In this document: positions 30,351 to 41,091 of the stretch, in pieces
How the letters are laid out: every line of letters starts with the position of its first letter
Position numbering within the stretch: the stretch's first letter is position 1
DNA from: Candidatus Latescibacterota bacterium
GTDB lineage: Bacteria; Krumholzibacteriota; Krumholzibacteriia; WVZY01
Length of the DNA: 64,000 bases
Assembly: GCA_963791045.1 (NCBI GenBank)
Contig: CAWBQK010000017.1
Coordinates: 160,001-224,000 of the forward strand
Direction: 5' to 3'
Notes under the pieces: model-generated
The model's input: the letters and a program-made list of their open reading frames with translations, nothing else
Database searches by the model: none
What the model was told of the DNA's origin: nothing
Position numbers and translations under genes: made by a program

Positions 30351-30597
30351 GGGCCCTCCAAGAGCGGTGTGGACGTAGACGATGTCAGATAGGACAGTCT
30401 AACACGAGCGCCAACGACCTGTAAAATCGTTTTCATATCGGAACCTCGATCGAGGTCCCCGCGAATCGGCCGCCGGAAAGAAGAGATGGTGACGAATTGA
30501 TTTCCACTTGACTTGATATGGAGTTGCGGTAAGTTTGCTGTAGGATATTCGAGGGTTTTTCAGGGCTGGACGATGAAAGCAGGCAAGGAACACATCC

Positions 30598-31130
30598 ATG
30601 GCTAAACGCTGATACGACAATCGTGAAATACAACCGGAAAAGCTGGTGGGAGCGGGTCTATCTTTTTGAGATCTTCCGTGGGATGGGAATCACCATTTCG
30701 CATTTCTTCCACAATATGGCGGAACTCCGCAAAGGCAAAGTCGGGATGACGTATCAATACCCTGAACAGCCAAAACCGATCGATCGGTGTGGAAGGGCGA
30801 ACACAGGCTGATGCACCGTGAAGACGGCACGCCGCGTTGCGTGGCTTGTAACTGCTGCTCCACGCTTGTCCGGCCGACTGTATCCACATTACGGCGGCCG
30901 ACTCAGGTCATGACGGCGTGGAGAAATACCCCATCGGGTTCGACATCGATATTCTGCAGTGTGTGTTTTGCGGGATGTGCGTAGAGGCGTGCCCGTGTGA
31001 TGCGATTCGGATGGACACGGGGAAGTTCCCCGAGTCCGGTTACGATGGTCCCATTCGAATTTTCAACATTGACTATTTGATGAACAATCATCCCGAGGCC
31101 GTTAGCAAGGTCAGCGAAGCGATCTACTAG
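30598..31130 (+). pseudogene. nuoI: NADH-quinone oxidoreductase subunit I, broken by three single-base indels (error or pseudogene)
   Basis: Pieces in successive frames: ERVYLFEIFRGMGIT..HF...T.QYPE / .GEHRL......RCVACNCCST / CPADCI.I...EKYP..FDID...CVFCGMCVEACPCDAIRM. Confidence 0.85.
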
Positions 31131-31151
31131 ACAGCCCCGGATCCTCTCCGT

Positions 31152-32566
31152 TCACGACTCCGGAAAAATTTTGCCGGGATTGAGGATGCCTTTCGGATCG
31201 AAGGCATCCTTTAAACGTTGCATCAAGGCTATCTCGTGGGGTTTGAAAGCAATCCGAGATACGGCTTTTGCGAGTAGCCGATTCCGTGTTCGCCGGATAT
31301 CGTCCCGCCCAGCGACACGGTGAGTTCAAAAATCTCCCTGATGGCTGGTTCGAGATTGCGGCTCCAATCCTCGTCGCTCATATCCATTTTCAAGATATTG
31401 ACATGAAGGTTCCCGTCTCCGGCATGCCCGTAACAGACGGTTGTGATGCCGTGCCGTTTCGCGATTTTTTTTACCCCGAGAAGAAGGGGGACAAGATTGT
31501 AGCGGGGAACGACCGTGTCTTCTTCCTTGTAAACCGATACGGATTTGACCGCCTCGCCGGTCGCCCGCCGCATATCCCATATTTCGTTCTGCCGGGTTGA
31601 CGAATCGGCAAGGAGCACATCGGATGCGCCTTGTTCGAGGGCGATTTCGCAGACCTTTTCGGCGGATGCGTGCAAAACCGTTTCGTCGTTGCCGTCAAGT
31701 TCGACGATCAGCTGTGCGGCGGCGTCACTGTTGGGTATCGATGAATCGAGGTGCTTCTCAGCAATCTTTATCGCGTCGCGTTCCATGAGTTCGAGGGCCG
31801 AGGGGGTGATGCCGGCGTTCATTATTGCGGGAACTGTGCGGGCGGCGGACTCGAGAGTTGGAAAGGGAACGAGAAGTGTGAGCCGGTGTTTGGGCAGTGG
31901 AATCAGTTTGAGGTAGATTTTGGTAATGACGGCAAGGGTCCCCTCGGATCCCACTATCAGCTGCGTGAGATTGTAACCCGTCGAATTCTTCAGAAGTTTC
32001 CCGCCGTGATTGATGATTTCACCGTTGGGAAGAACCGCTTCGATTCCAAGAATGTAATCTTTTGTGACCCCGTATTTGACGGCGTGCGGGCCGCCGGCGC
32101 ACTCGGCAAGATTGCCGCCGAGACGGCAGCTGCCCTTACTGGCCGGGTCGGGAGGGTAGTAGAGACCCTTGTCTTCGACGGCTTCCTGCAGCTCCTGTGT
32201 GATGACGCCGGGTTCGACAACCGCCATGAGGTTGTTGGTGTCGATTTCGATGATCTTGTCGAGGCGTTCGAGCCCAAGGACGATTCCGCCAAAAAGAGGC
32301 AGTGCTCCTCCGGACAATCCCGTGCCGCCGCCGCGGGGCGTGACGGGAATATCATTATCCCAGGCGATCCGCATTGTTTTGGAAACGGAATCGGTCGTGG
32401 TGGGAAGCACCACAACCTCGGGTGGGAAAACAAAGTCCTCGGTTTCGTCGGAACCGTAGATTTCGATCGATTCATCGTCGACGAGCACGTTCTCTTTGCC
32501 CGCCGCTTGGCGGAGCAAAGCGAGAATGTCGGGTGTGACTTTTCCAAATTCGAGTTGCTTGGTCAT
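31152..32566 (-). CDS. FAD-linked oxidase, GlcD/D-lactate dehydrogenase family; frameshift near 31254
   Basis: PRGGGTGLSGG, YPPDPAS, GGN.AE.AGG..AVKYGVT, GSEGTL, GHAGDGNLH, SGEHGIG. The canonical tail K.AFDPKGILNPGKIF is in the adjacent frame, ending at 31152. Confidence 0.88.
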
Positions 32567-32621
32567 CGGGTCTCCGTGTAATGGTATCTGGTCGTGCCGA
32601 ATACTTCATTGCAGGCAAACG

Positions 32622-33584
32622 CTAATCAGACTTGTCAAAACTCCCCGTGTCATGGACGTCCAAAACGAGGACTCCTCTGGAATCGTTTGCGACATACAAG
32701 TAACCGTCGTGCGCGGTCACCTTGTTCGCGAATCCGCCGTCGGTGTCAAAACGGTGTAAGAATTCGAGGTGATCCGGAGCGACAAAGCGAAATATAATAA
32801 CGCCGGCCTGGCCGTCGGCCACGTAGACCAATGTTCCGTCGGTGGCGACGCCGTGCGCGAGATCGTTTGTACGGGCATTCGCCACGAGCGCGGGCGTTGA
32901 TGGGTCCGATATGTCGACAACGCTCAATCCATGAACGCCGTCCGCGACAAAAGCCACGTTCTTGTTGAAAGCAACATCGCGCGCATCGCCCTTCGTAGGC
33001 AATGATCCGCGGCTGGTCGGCACGCCGTCATCGTCCACTTCGAGAATTATGAGACCGCTTTTTCCGGCGCACACGTAGAGTTCATGAAGGTAAAACCTTA
33101 CACCCCTGCAGTAATCGTCCCACTCTCCACGCCCGGTCAGCCTGGGCGCGTCGGGGGCATTCAAATCAAAAATTGAAACGCCGATGCTGCCGTCCGCGAC
33201 GGCGAGAATGTTTTGTCTGACATCGAGCATCATGGCGGAGCCGGCAGTTTGAATGTGTAATGTGATTTCCGGCGAAACGGGCTCCGTGGCGTCGATGATG
33301 TAAACACCCGCGGGCCCCTGCGCGACGAACACTCGATTGTCATCGGCAAGCACATACGTCGCCGACTGCGGCAGCGGCACGATGGCGATCTCCGTTGGAG
33401 AGGTAGGGTCCGACAAATCGAGAACTCTCAACCCCGCGGAAACACCGGCGAAACCCCGGTCGCCCGAGACGGCGACATGATATGTACGCGCGGAGAGCGG
33501 TTCGACCAGCGATTCGGTTTGTGCGGAGGTCGTGGCAACGATCGCGAGACAAACAATGGAGACGGTAAAGATGAGAGTTTTCAT
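32622..33584 (-). CDS. Secreted LVIVD-repeat beta-propeller protein
   Basis: Repeats GLRVLDLSDP..P, GVYIID, VADG..GL.VVDISDP..P; signal peptide from ATG 33584. Confidence 0.85.
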   Translation of the reverse strand: MKTLIFTVSIVCLAIVATTSAQTESLVEPLSARTYHVAVSGDRGFAGVSAGLRVLDLSDPTSPTEIAIVPLPQSATYVLADDNRVFVAQGPAGVYIIDATEPVSPEITLHIQTAGSAMMLDVRQNILAVADGSIGVSIFDLNAPDAPRLTGRGEWDDYCRGVRFYLHELYVCAGKSGLIILEVDDDGVPTSRGSLPTKGDARDVAFNKNVAFVADGVHGLSVVDISDPSTPALVANARTNDLAHGVATDGTLVYVADGQAGVIIFRFVAPDHLEFLHRFDTDGGFANKVTAHDGYLYVANDSRGVLVLDVHDTGSFDKSD

Positions 33585-33660
33585 AGGCGTCAATCTACCA
33601 AACATCGCTTTGATTGACCACGAAAACTTGGTAGAATCCGGTCGCACAAGGAGGTAGAAC

Positions 33661-34974
33661 GTGCGGCGTTCAATCGCGTTTTTTATATTATCAATACTGT
33701 TGCTGAATTCGAATGGTCTCTCCGGAGCAGAGTCCGGTTTTGACGATGACTTTCGTGACGGCACACTTCGGGTCGATCTCGTGCACTCGGGCACATCCGT
33801 GGACGAAGAGTTCGCGATTCGGCGCGTTGTGAAGCAGATGGAGTGGGCGGGCCCGCGGACGAATCTCGCCACAAGCCGGGATATGGGCAAATACAGGGTG
33901 GATCTTATTGACAGTGGCACGCGAAAACGGATTTATCGCCTGGGCTTCAGTTCTTTGTTTGGCGAATGGCAGACGACTGAGGAGGCGGCGGAAACCCGGC
34001 GTGCGTTCGAGGAAACGCTCGAATTCCCGTGCCCCAGAAACCCCGTAGATCTGGAGATTTCAAGCCGAAACAAAAGCGGTGAAATGGAACGTGTTTTTGC
34101 AACCTCGATAGATCCGAACTCGCATCTTGTAGGCCGTCCGGTGACAAATCCGGGTGTCAAGGTTCACGATATCCATGTGAGTGGTGATCCGCACGAAAAG
34201 CTGGATATTCTTATTCTCGGGGATGGGTATACGATTTCCGAGCGGGAAAAATTCAGGAAAGACTGCACGCACATTGCGGACAGATTTCTGGATGCCGAGC
34301 CTTTTGATTCATTGAGAGACCTGATTAGTTTCCGTGGCCTGATGATACCTTCGGCGGAATCCGGTATCGATGAACCCCGAAAGGGAATATTCAGGGACAC
34401 TCCTTTTGGTATGTCGTTCAATACTTTTGATTCACCCAGGTACTGCATGACCGAGTCGGTATGGGCGCTTCACGATGCCGCGTCCTTGGCGCCGCATGAT
34501 GCTATCCTCGTGATGGGGAACAGTTCCCGTTACGGCGGAGGCGCGATATTTAATTTCTACACGGCTTTCATCAGCGATAACGAATTTGACGACTACCTGT
34601 GCGTGCACGAGTTCGGTCACGGGTTCGCGGGGCTTGGCGACGAGTACTATTCGTCAAAAGTCTCGTACAACGAGTTTTACCCCAGAGGCGTCGAACCGTG
34701 GGAACCGAACATAACCGCATTGCTCGACCCCGAGCGCCTGAAATGGGCCGAGTTAGTCGAAGACGGAACACCGATACCAACTCCGGCCGATGACCCCCGG
34801 TTCGGCGAGAAAGTTGGCGCATTCGAAGGCGCCGGTTATGCGGCCAAGGGACTGTTCCGGCCCGCCGTGGACTGCAAAATGTTTTCTAAAGGACATCAGG
34901 AGTTCTGCGCGGTTTGCAAAAAGGCCATGATCGAAATGATCCACCGCTACGCTCAAGACACACCGAAGAAGTAA
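33661..34974 (+). CDS. M64 family (IgA peptidase-like) metallopeptidase
   Basis: TLRVD..H.G, LGDGYT, YGGG.IFN, HEFGHGFAGLGDEYY, EPWEPN, FEGAGY, C.M....FC.VC. Confidence 0.9.
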   Translation: MRRSIAFFILSILLLNSNGLSGAESGFDDDFRDGTLRVDLVHSGTSVDEEFAIRRVVKQMEWAGPRTNLATSRDMGKYRVDLIDSGTRKRIYRLGFSSLFGEWQTTEEAAETRRAFEETLEFPCPRNPVDLEISSRNKSGEMERVFATSIDPNSHLVGRPVTNPGVKVHDIHVSGDPHEKLDILILGDGYTISEREKFRKDCTHIADRFLDAEPFDSLRDLISFRGLMIPSAESGIDEPRKGIFRDTPFGMSFNTFDSPRYCMTESVWALHDAASLAPHDAILVMGNSSRYGGGAIFNFYTAFISDNEFDDYLCVHEFGHGFAGLGDEYYSSKVSYNEFYPRGVEPWEPNITALLDPERLKWAELVEDGTPIPTPADDPRFGEKVGAFEGAGYAAKGLFRPAVDCKMFSKGHQEFCAVCKKAMIEMIHRYAQDTPKK

Positions 34975-34976
34975 AA

Positions 34977-35492
34977 GTGGGAACACCCCAGAAAATAGTC
35001 GTCGATGGTTACAACGTGATTTATGCGGATGATTCTCTTCGGCGGCACGCACTGAGAGACATGCAACGCGCGAGACGCGAGTTTCTCGATCGTATCAAGA
35101 CGTATTTGATGGGGAAGCAGATCCAGGTGACGGTTGTCTTCGACGGACGCGGCGGAATGGTGGACTCCGAAACGATTGTGCCGGGAAAACTGCAGGTGAT
35201 TTACTCGGCGCGTGACGAGACGGCCGACGACCTGATAATCTCCATGGTTTCCAGGTCGGGTAACCCGCAGGCGTATCTTGTGGCTACTTCCGACAAGGCC
35301 CACATCCGCCCCGCCGTGTCGAGGTTGGGGTGCGAGGTTATTGGCGCGATGGGGTTCTTGAAGCGGATTTCCCAGGGTGGACCCGCAAAGGGTGAGAAAA
35401 GAGTCAGGGAAAAGCCGGAGGCAGACGGCGCCGATACAGACTACTGGCTCTCGGAATTTGGAAAGGAAGAGGGGGATGACAAGAACAAATAG
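34977..35492 (+). CDS. NYN/YacP-like PIN-fold RNase domain protein
   Basis: VVDGYNVI, VVFDG, VIYS...ETADD.I, VATSD. Confidence 0.88.
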   Translation: MGTPQKIVVDGYNVIYADDSLRRHALRDMQRARREFLDRIKTYLMGKQIQVTVVFDGRGGMVDSETIVPGKLQVIYSARDETADDLIISMVSRSGNPQAYLVATSDKAHIRPAVSRLGCEVIGAMGFLKRISQGGPAKGEKRVREKPEADGADTDYWLSEFGKEEGDDKNK

Positions 35493-35587
35493 AGGGGGCG
35501 GCGAGAATTCTCTTAGAAATTTGGGGTGTTCCTATTAGAATGAATATGTTCGCAACTTTGAAAACAACAGCAATTTGATTTAAGTAA

Positions 35588-36547
<960 letters not shown>

Positions 36548-36648
36548 GCGAGGTATGTAATGTTCAATCGAAGCGCACGGGAGCTTTCGCTCGCGTGCGT
36601 TTTGATTGTAAATGTGGATGCGGGGATTCTAAAAAAGGGGGCACGAGA

Positions 36649-37412
36649 GTGCGAAGGATGTTTGTATTCGTCGTTGTTCTGATATCGTTCTCGGTTGGGT
36701 TGGCCGCGGCGCAATCTCAGGGGGTGGACTTGGATCAGCTCAAGAGGATCGCGGAGCGATTCAATTTTCTGTTTATCCATGTCGGGGCGGAAGGCGGGCC
36801 CACGCGGATAATTTATGCAGATGCGCGTGAACACGTTCACGTATATCGTCTCGAAGGCAACAGGGCGACGCTTGATTGGGAGGCGACAGGGTTGGGATCG
36901 AGGGCATCCGCGTTGATTGTCAAAGACGTTGACGCCGACGGCCGGGAAGAGATCATCATCGCCACCTCGGGGGGCGGATTGTCTTTTACGACGCGGAGAC
37001 ATACGACCTGAAATGGGAGAACCTCGACGCTCCATTCGAGAAAATCGAGTGCATGGTGGCCGCGAATATCGATCGCGACCCCCAGGATGAGCTGATTTTC
37101 ATTGCTGATTCGTACCTTCATATCTACGACGGACTGAGCAGATCGACCGAATGGCAGAGCCAAAGGGAGTTCAGCGCCAGGGAGATTGTGCTTGGAAACG
37201 TCGATGACGACGATCAACTCGAGATCATCCTCAACACCGGAATTATATTTGACACAAGGTTTTACAACGTGGAGTTCGAGGCGGAAATCAGCTTCGGAGA
37301 GAAGATCAGCCTGATGGACGTCAATGGAGATCAGATTCCAGAGGTGATCGGGGAGACAGCGGATTTCACGATAAGAATTTTCGATATTTACGCCGAACGG
37401 GAATTCTGGTGA
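36649..37412 (+). CDS. Secreted FG-GAP/VCBS-like repeat protein, frameshift in G-run 36969-36974
   Basis: Four DxDxD-type Ca-binding loops (DVDADGREE, NIDRDPQDE, NVDDDDQLE, DVNGDQIPE) split over two frames; signal peptide. Confidence 0.7.
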
Positions 37413-37482
37413 AACTCGCCGCCGGAGCTTCATTTGCGTAATGAGGATAAGCGATACGGCTGCTGCTAATGCTAATTTACTC

Positions 37483-37511
37483 TTGAACTTGCGAATCGGT
37501 TGTGGTACAAT
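37483..37511 (+). promoter_or_regulatory. sigma70 promoter with extended -10 for the 37676/38405 pair
   Basis: TTGAAC-N17-TACAAT, TGgTACAAT. Confidence 0.65.
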
Positions 37512-37675
37512 GGCCAAGCCAACGAGTGTAGCACAAGAAAATAATTACATCGGCGCTTTAGATCCTGCATACCAGGGAGCTCTCGGCGTTATGGCGTTAT
37601 ATCGACCGCCCTGTGGATCAAAGAACATTTGATTTGAGCGAACTATCATACACCTGGAAGAGGAGGAGTTCTTCG

Positions 37676-38362
37676 ATGCTCAGTTTGTTAAAAAAGGTGG
37701 TGCCCATCCTCTTGATTTTGATCCTGGCTTCTCCGCCGGCGGCGGATGCCGTGATCAAAAACGAGTCATTTCAGCTTTCTGGTTTTGGCGGGTACTTGAT
37801 CACGCCGGCCGTGTTTGACGGCTCGATCTTCGCCGGAACCCTGTCGCCGGGCACATTCGTTATCGACATCGATGACGTGGTCTGGCCGGTTGACAATCTT
37901 GCCTCGCCGCAGAACGAACGCTGGGATTACATCTTTGCGAATTACTTTGTTTACGACAGCACGCCGGGCGCGCAGTCGTGGACCGCACATTTTCCTCCTC
38001 TACCCCAGCAGCTTCCCGTGGTGACGTGGAGCTTCTATCACAACGGGGATAAGGTCGGCGGGATACTTCAGAGTTTGATTATCACGATAAGCGATAAGGA
38101 CGCCGACGGGGTCGTCGATCCCGATGAGATGAATCTTCAGGCGGTCGGCGGGAACCTTGTAAGCCACATCGAGCAGAGCACGGGTATTTATGAAGGCTTC
38201 TGCGGTGGCGGTTCTCTCAACGGTTCGATTGAAGGTTTTGACCTCTCGCAACCATACGTGATGACGATCAGCGGGGGGACCCTGCTGCTAAGGGACTTCA
38301 GCTGCCAGGTGCCTACACAGAACACAACCTGGGGCGCTGTCAAAGAGATTTACTCAGAATAA
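37676..38362 (+). CDS. Secreted hypothetical protein with C-terminal TWGxxK motif (family B1)
   Basis: SD AGGAGG, signal peptide, DKDADGVVDPDE loop, ends DFSCQVPTQNTTWGAVKEIYSE. Confidence 0.85.
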   Translation: MLSLLKKVVPILLILILASPPAADAVIKNESFQLSGFGGYLITPAVFDGSIFAGTLSPGTFVIDIDDVVWPVDNLASPQNERWDYIFANYFVYDSTPGAQSWTAHFPPLPQQLPVVTWSFYHNGDKVGGILQSLIITISDKDADGVVDPDEMNLQAVGGNLVSHIEQSTGIYEGFCGGGSLNGSIEGFDLSQPYVMTISGGTLLLRDFSCQVPTQNTTWGAVKEIYSE

Positions 38363-38404
38363 GTACAGCTATGTCGCGGTGAGCACGAGCAGGAAGGGTT
38401 ACTG

Positions 38405-39070
38405 ATGAAATTTACAGCTTTGATGGTTTTGAGCGCGATTCTGGTTCTAAGTGTGCCGGCACTTGCGCAGGTTCCGAGCCATATTCAGTATGAGTTTTCG
38501 GGGACAGGAAACCTGATGGTTTCGCCCGTCCTTTATTCGGGTTCGATCGACACAGGGGAAGCCCTGCTCGTCGGAGGAACCTGGGATATCGCGATCGACG
38601 ATACCGGTTGGCCGGCGGATACGGATAAGGCCGCGCGCTGGGCGTATCTCGATGCAACGTATTTTACACCGAACTTCAATTCGAACGTTTATTCGTGGAC
38701 GGGAATTTTCAGTTCGGCGACAACGGCGAGCGTGCCGACATGGCGTGCCGGTCGTGGTGACGTCGGTGATCTTGTTGGAACTGCGGAAGTCCAGTTGACG
38801 ATCCAGGACTTTGACTTTGACGCGATGATCGATCCCGATGAGAGAATGACGATGCTGCTTTCCGGAACGATTATCGTTATTCGGAACGGCACCGGAATCT
38901 GGGCTGGTTACTGTGGCCTGGGCTCTTACAGCGGGTACACGGAAAATATGGATCCGTGGAATTTCGCGGATGACAATGTCTATGGCTCGTCGGTCCTCGA
39001 CATCGAGGACTGCTCGTTGCCGACAAAGGAAGTTACCTGGGGACACATCAAAACCAGGTACACCGACTAG
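38405..39070 (+). CDS. Secreted hypothetical protein with C-terminal TWGxxK motif (family B2)
   Basis: Signal peptide ...PALA|Q, distant paralog of B1, ends EDCSLPTKEVTWGHIKTRYTD. Confidence 0.85.
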   Translation: MKFTALMVLSAILVLSVPALAQVPSHIQYEFSGTGNLMVSPVLYSGSIDTGEALLVGGTWDIAIDDTGWPADTDKAARWAYLDATYFTPNFNSNVYSWTGIFSSATTASVPTWRAGRGDVGDLVGTAEVQLTIQDFDFDAMIDPDERMTMLLSGTIIVIRNGTGIWAGYCGLGSYSGYTENMDPWNFADDNVYGSSVLDIEDCSLPTKEVTWGHIKTRYTD

Positions 39071-39093
39071 ATAGAAATAAAACTGAGCGTTTG

Positions 39094-39127
39094 AAAGGCT
39101 CCGGGTGCAAACCCGGGGCCTTTTTTT
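39094..39127 (+). terminator. Intrinsic (probably bidirectional) terminator
   Basis: AAAGGCTCCGGGT-gcaa-ACCCGGGGCCTTTTTTT. Confidence 0.8.
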
Positions 39128-39773
39128 ATTGTTTGCGGGTGAAATCGATTTGAATCTGTGTCCACATCCTCGCCGGTTTGCCGTTTATTCTTCCCGGGGC
39201 GAATACGATTTGCCGGGCCGATTCGAGCGCGGCCCGGAGGCAGTCCGCGGGGTGGTCGAACTCGTCCGCTTCGATGTGGAGAATCGTGCCGTCAACGTCC
39301 ACCTGGATGCGGACGTCAATATGCTGGCCAAGACAGTGTTTGAGTTCCCCGGTATCCGGCCAGTCGATTTGAAGCGGTCTCGGGGGGATTTTTATAAACT
39401 CTGAGCCGGGACCCTGTGGAAGGGTTTGGGTCTCATCGCCAAGAATATCATCCAGTTCCTCGGGAACGTCGGACGGCCGGCCGGGTTTGGGGTAGCTGAA
39501 TTCATCGGTTGGGCGTAGCGTTTCTTCGACTTCGGAAATCTCGGTAATCCGTTCGACGATTTGATCATCGCGGGGTTCTTCGATTTCGATCGGTATGTAA
39601 AGTATGGCGTCGGGGCTCGATCGGCCTCTGGTGGCGTTGTCCGTGACGATGTCGGTTTTGCGGCTGAAAAAGGAGAAATGAGACTGTTTGACATAGAGCA
39701 ACAGAGCGAGGTGGATCGCTATCGCCGCCGCGACAAAAACAAGCCACTCCATGGATCGTTTTCGTTGTCTCAT
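39126..39773 (-). CDS. TonB-like protein (N-terminal TM anchor, acidic/Pro linker, TonB C-terminal domain)
   Basis: AIAIHLALL anchor; V.I.VD.DG.I...AALE.ARQ..FAPG..NGKP...W..I.I.F. Confidence 0.7.
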   Translation of the reverse strand: MRQRKRSMEWLVFVAAAIAIHLALLLYVKQSHFSFFSRKTDIVTDNATRGRSSPDAILYIPIEIEEPRDDQIVERITEISEVEETLRPTDEFSYPKPGRPSDVPEELDDILGDETQTLPQGPGSEFIKIPPRPLQIDWPDTGELKHCLGQHIDVRIQVDVDGTILHIEADEFDHPADCLRAALESARQIVFAPGRINGKPARMWTQIQIDFTRKQ

Positions 39774-39905
39774 TTGCCTTGTGTCCCTTTACGTGCCGGG
39801 CGCTGCGATTGGGTCTTGGAAATAACCGGTATCCTGCCTTAATATTAACCACTTTGACGCCTTTGCGAGTAGACAAAATTAACGGTCTCTTAAAGAGGGA
39901 GAACA

Positions 39906-40475
39906 ATGGAATCGGGCCGGGTAGCCACAGTGCCTAACGGGCTGACCGCTCTTCGGTTGGCGATGACGATCGTTGCCGGCGTAATGTTTTTTGTGGCAGG
40001 GATGGACGGTCCCGCGACGGCTATATGTATCGTGGTGGCGATCTTGGACAGCCTGGACGGATGGCTGGCCCGCCGACTCGATCAGGTTACCGCCCTTGGC
40101 GTGTATCTCGATCCGCTGGTCGATAAGATAATGACGACCCTGGTGTACGGAGTGATTGCTTTCAAGATGGGGAACAGCGTGGTGTGGGGTTTGTTTATTC
40201 TTCTTCTGGTTCGCGATCTAGCGGTGACGGCAAATCGTTCGGCATCCCTGGTGAAACGTGGTCGCTGTATTGCCGCATCGCGTGTGGGCAAGATAAAGAC
40301 GGGGGTTCAAAACATTGGGGGGCTCACCGCCCTCGGATATCTGGTGTGGGTGTCGGATGGGGAAGGGTTAGCGGCGGCGCCGGTGTTGTTTGTGTTTGTT
40401 GTCGTGACTTTTCTGTCGTATCTTTCCGCGTGGAAATACGGCATGCTTTGGCCGAAACGGCGATATTGCCGATAA
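39906..40475 (+). CDS. CDP-alcohol phosphatidyltransferase (PgsA-like)
   Basis: PN.LT..R, D.LDGWLARR..QVT.LG..LDPL.DK, GK.KT..Q. Confidence 0.92.
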   Translation: MESGRVATVPNGLTALRLAMTIVAGVMFFVAGMDGPATAICIVVAILDSLDGWLARRLDQVTALGVYLDPLVDKIMTTLVYGVIAFKMGNSVVWGLFILLLVRDLAVTANRSASLVKRGRCIAASRVGKIKTGVQNIGGLTALGYLVWVSDGEGLAAAPVLFVFVVVTFLSYLSAWKYGMLWPKRRYCR

Positions 40476-40673
40476 TGCCAAAGATAAAATCTAATTCTGT
40501 GAAGATGGAGATATGTTTTCCCGATAACAAAGGGGCCTGTCGCCGACCAGGAACAGGCCCACTTTGACTACCGTCTAACCAAAACGGTAGGCTGGTAGCA
40601 TTTCTAACTTAATTAAGCCAAATACAGTTGTCAAGTTGTTCCCAAATCCATATGTTTATCGCGGGTATTTTAG

Positions 40674-41084
40674 ATGAATTTTAAGCAAAAGAATCGGTTG
40701 TTTTTCAGGGTCACCGTCTTCGTTGTCTGTGGGTCGCTTTTGTGCCTGACGTGGCCGAGGGCGCCTTTGGCGGGCGAATCCGTAGTGGAGGGCGCCCGGA
40801 CGCCGTCGGAAGCAGCCGGTGTGGAAATCCCCAAAAACACCGATCGCCTGTTCAATTTTCTGAATTGGCGTCCGGCCCCGTCGTTTCTTGCAGCCAGCGC
40901 TTTTGCCGACACAACCGACCTCGAATTCCCGGAAGACGAGGAAGTTAATCAGAAGAACCTGGTTCGAGATGTCAGCATCTTCATCGTGGCCTCCGCTTTC
41001 GTGGCTTTCTTTCTTATCAAGGTGTTTCTCGAGGGGGACACCCAGGAGCCCCCGCCGGACGACAATAGTAAGCCCATTCCTTGA
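40674..41084 (+). CDS. Hypothetical protein with signal peptide and C-terminal TM helix
   Basis: Hydrophobic N- and C-terminal segments; fills the gap between convergent genes. Confidence 0.55.
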   Translation: MNFKQKNRLFFRVTVFVVCGSLLCLTWPRAPLAGESVVEGARTPSEAAGVEIPKNTDRLFNFLNWRPAPSFLAASAFADTTDLEFPEDEEVNQKNLVRDVSIFIVASAFVAFFLIKVFLEGDTQEPPPDDNSKPIP

Positions 41085-41091
41085 TTCCCCG

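Noticed and set aside
30598-30615. In-frame TGA after ATG GCT AAA CGC in nuoI as possible selenocysteine recoding
   Set aside because: Read-through does not lead into the NuoI frame; a single extra A explains it.
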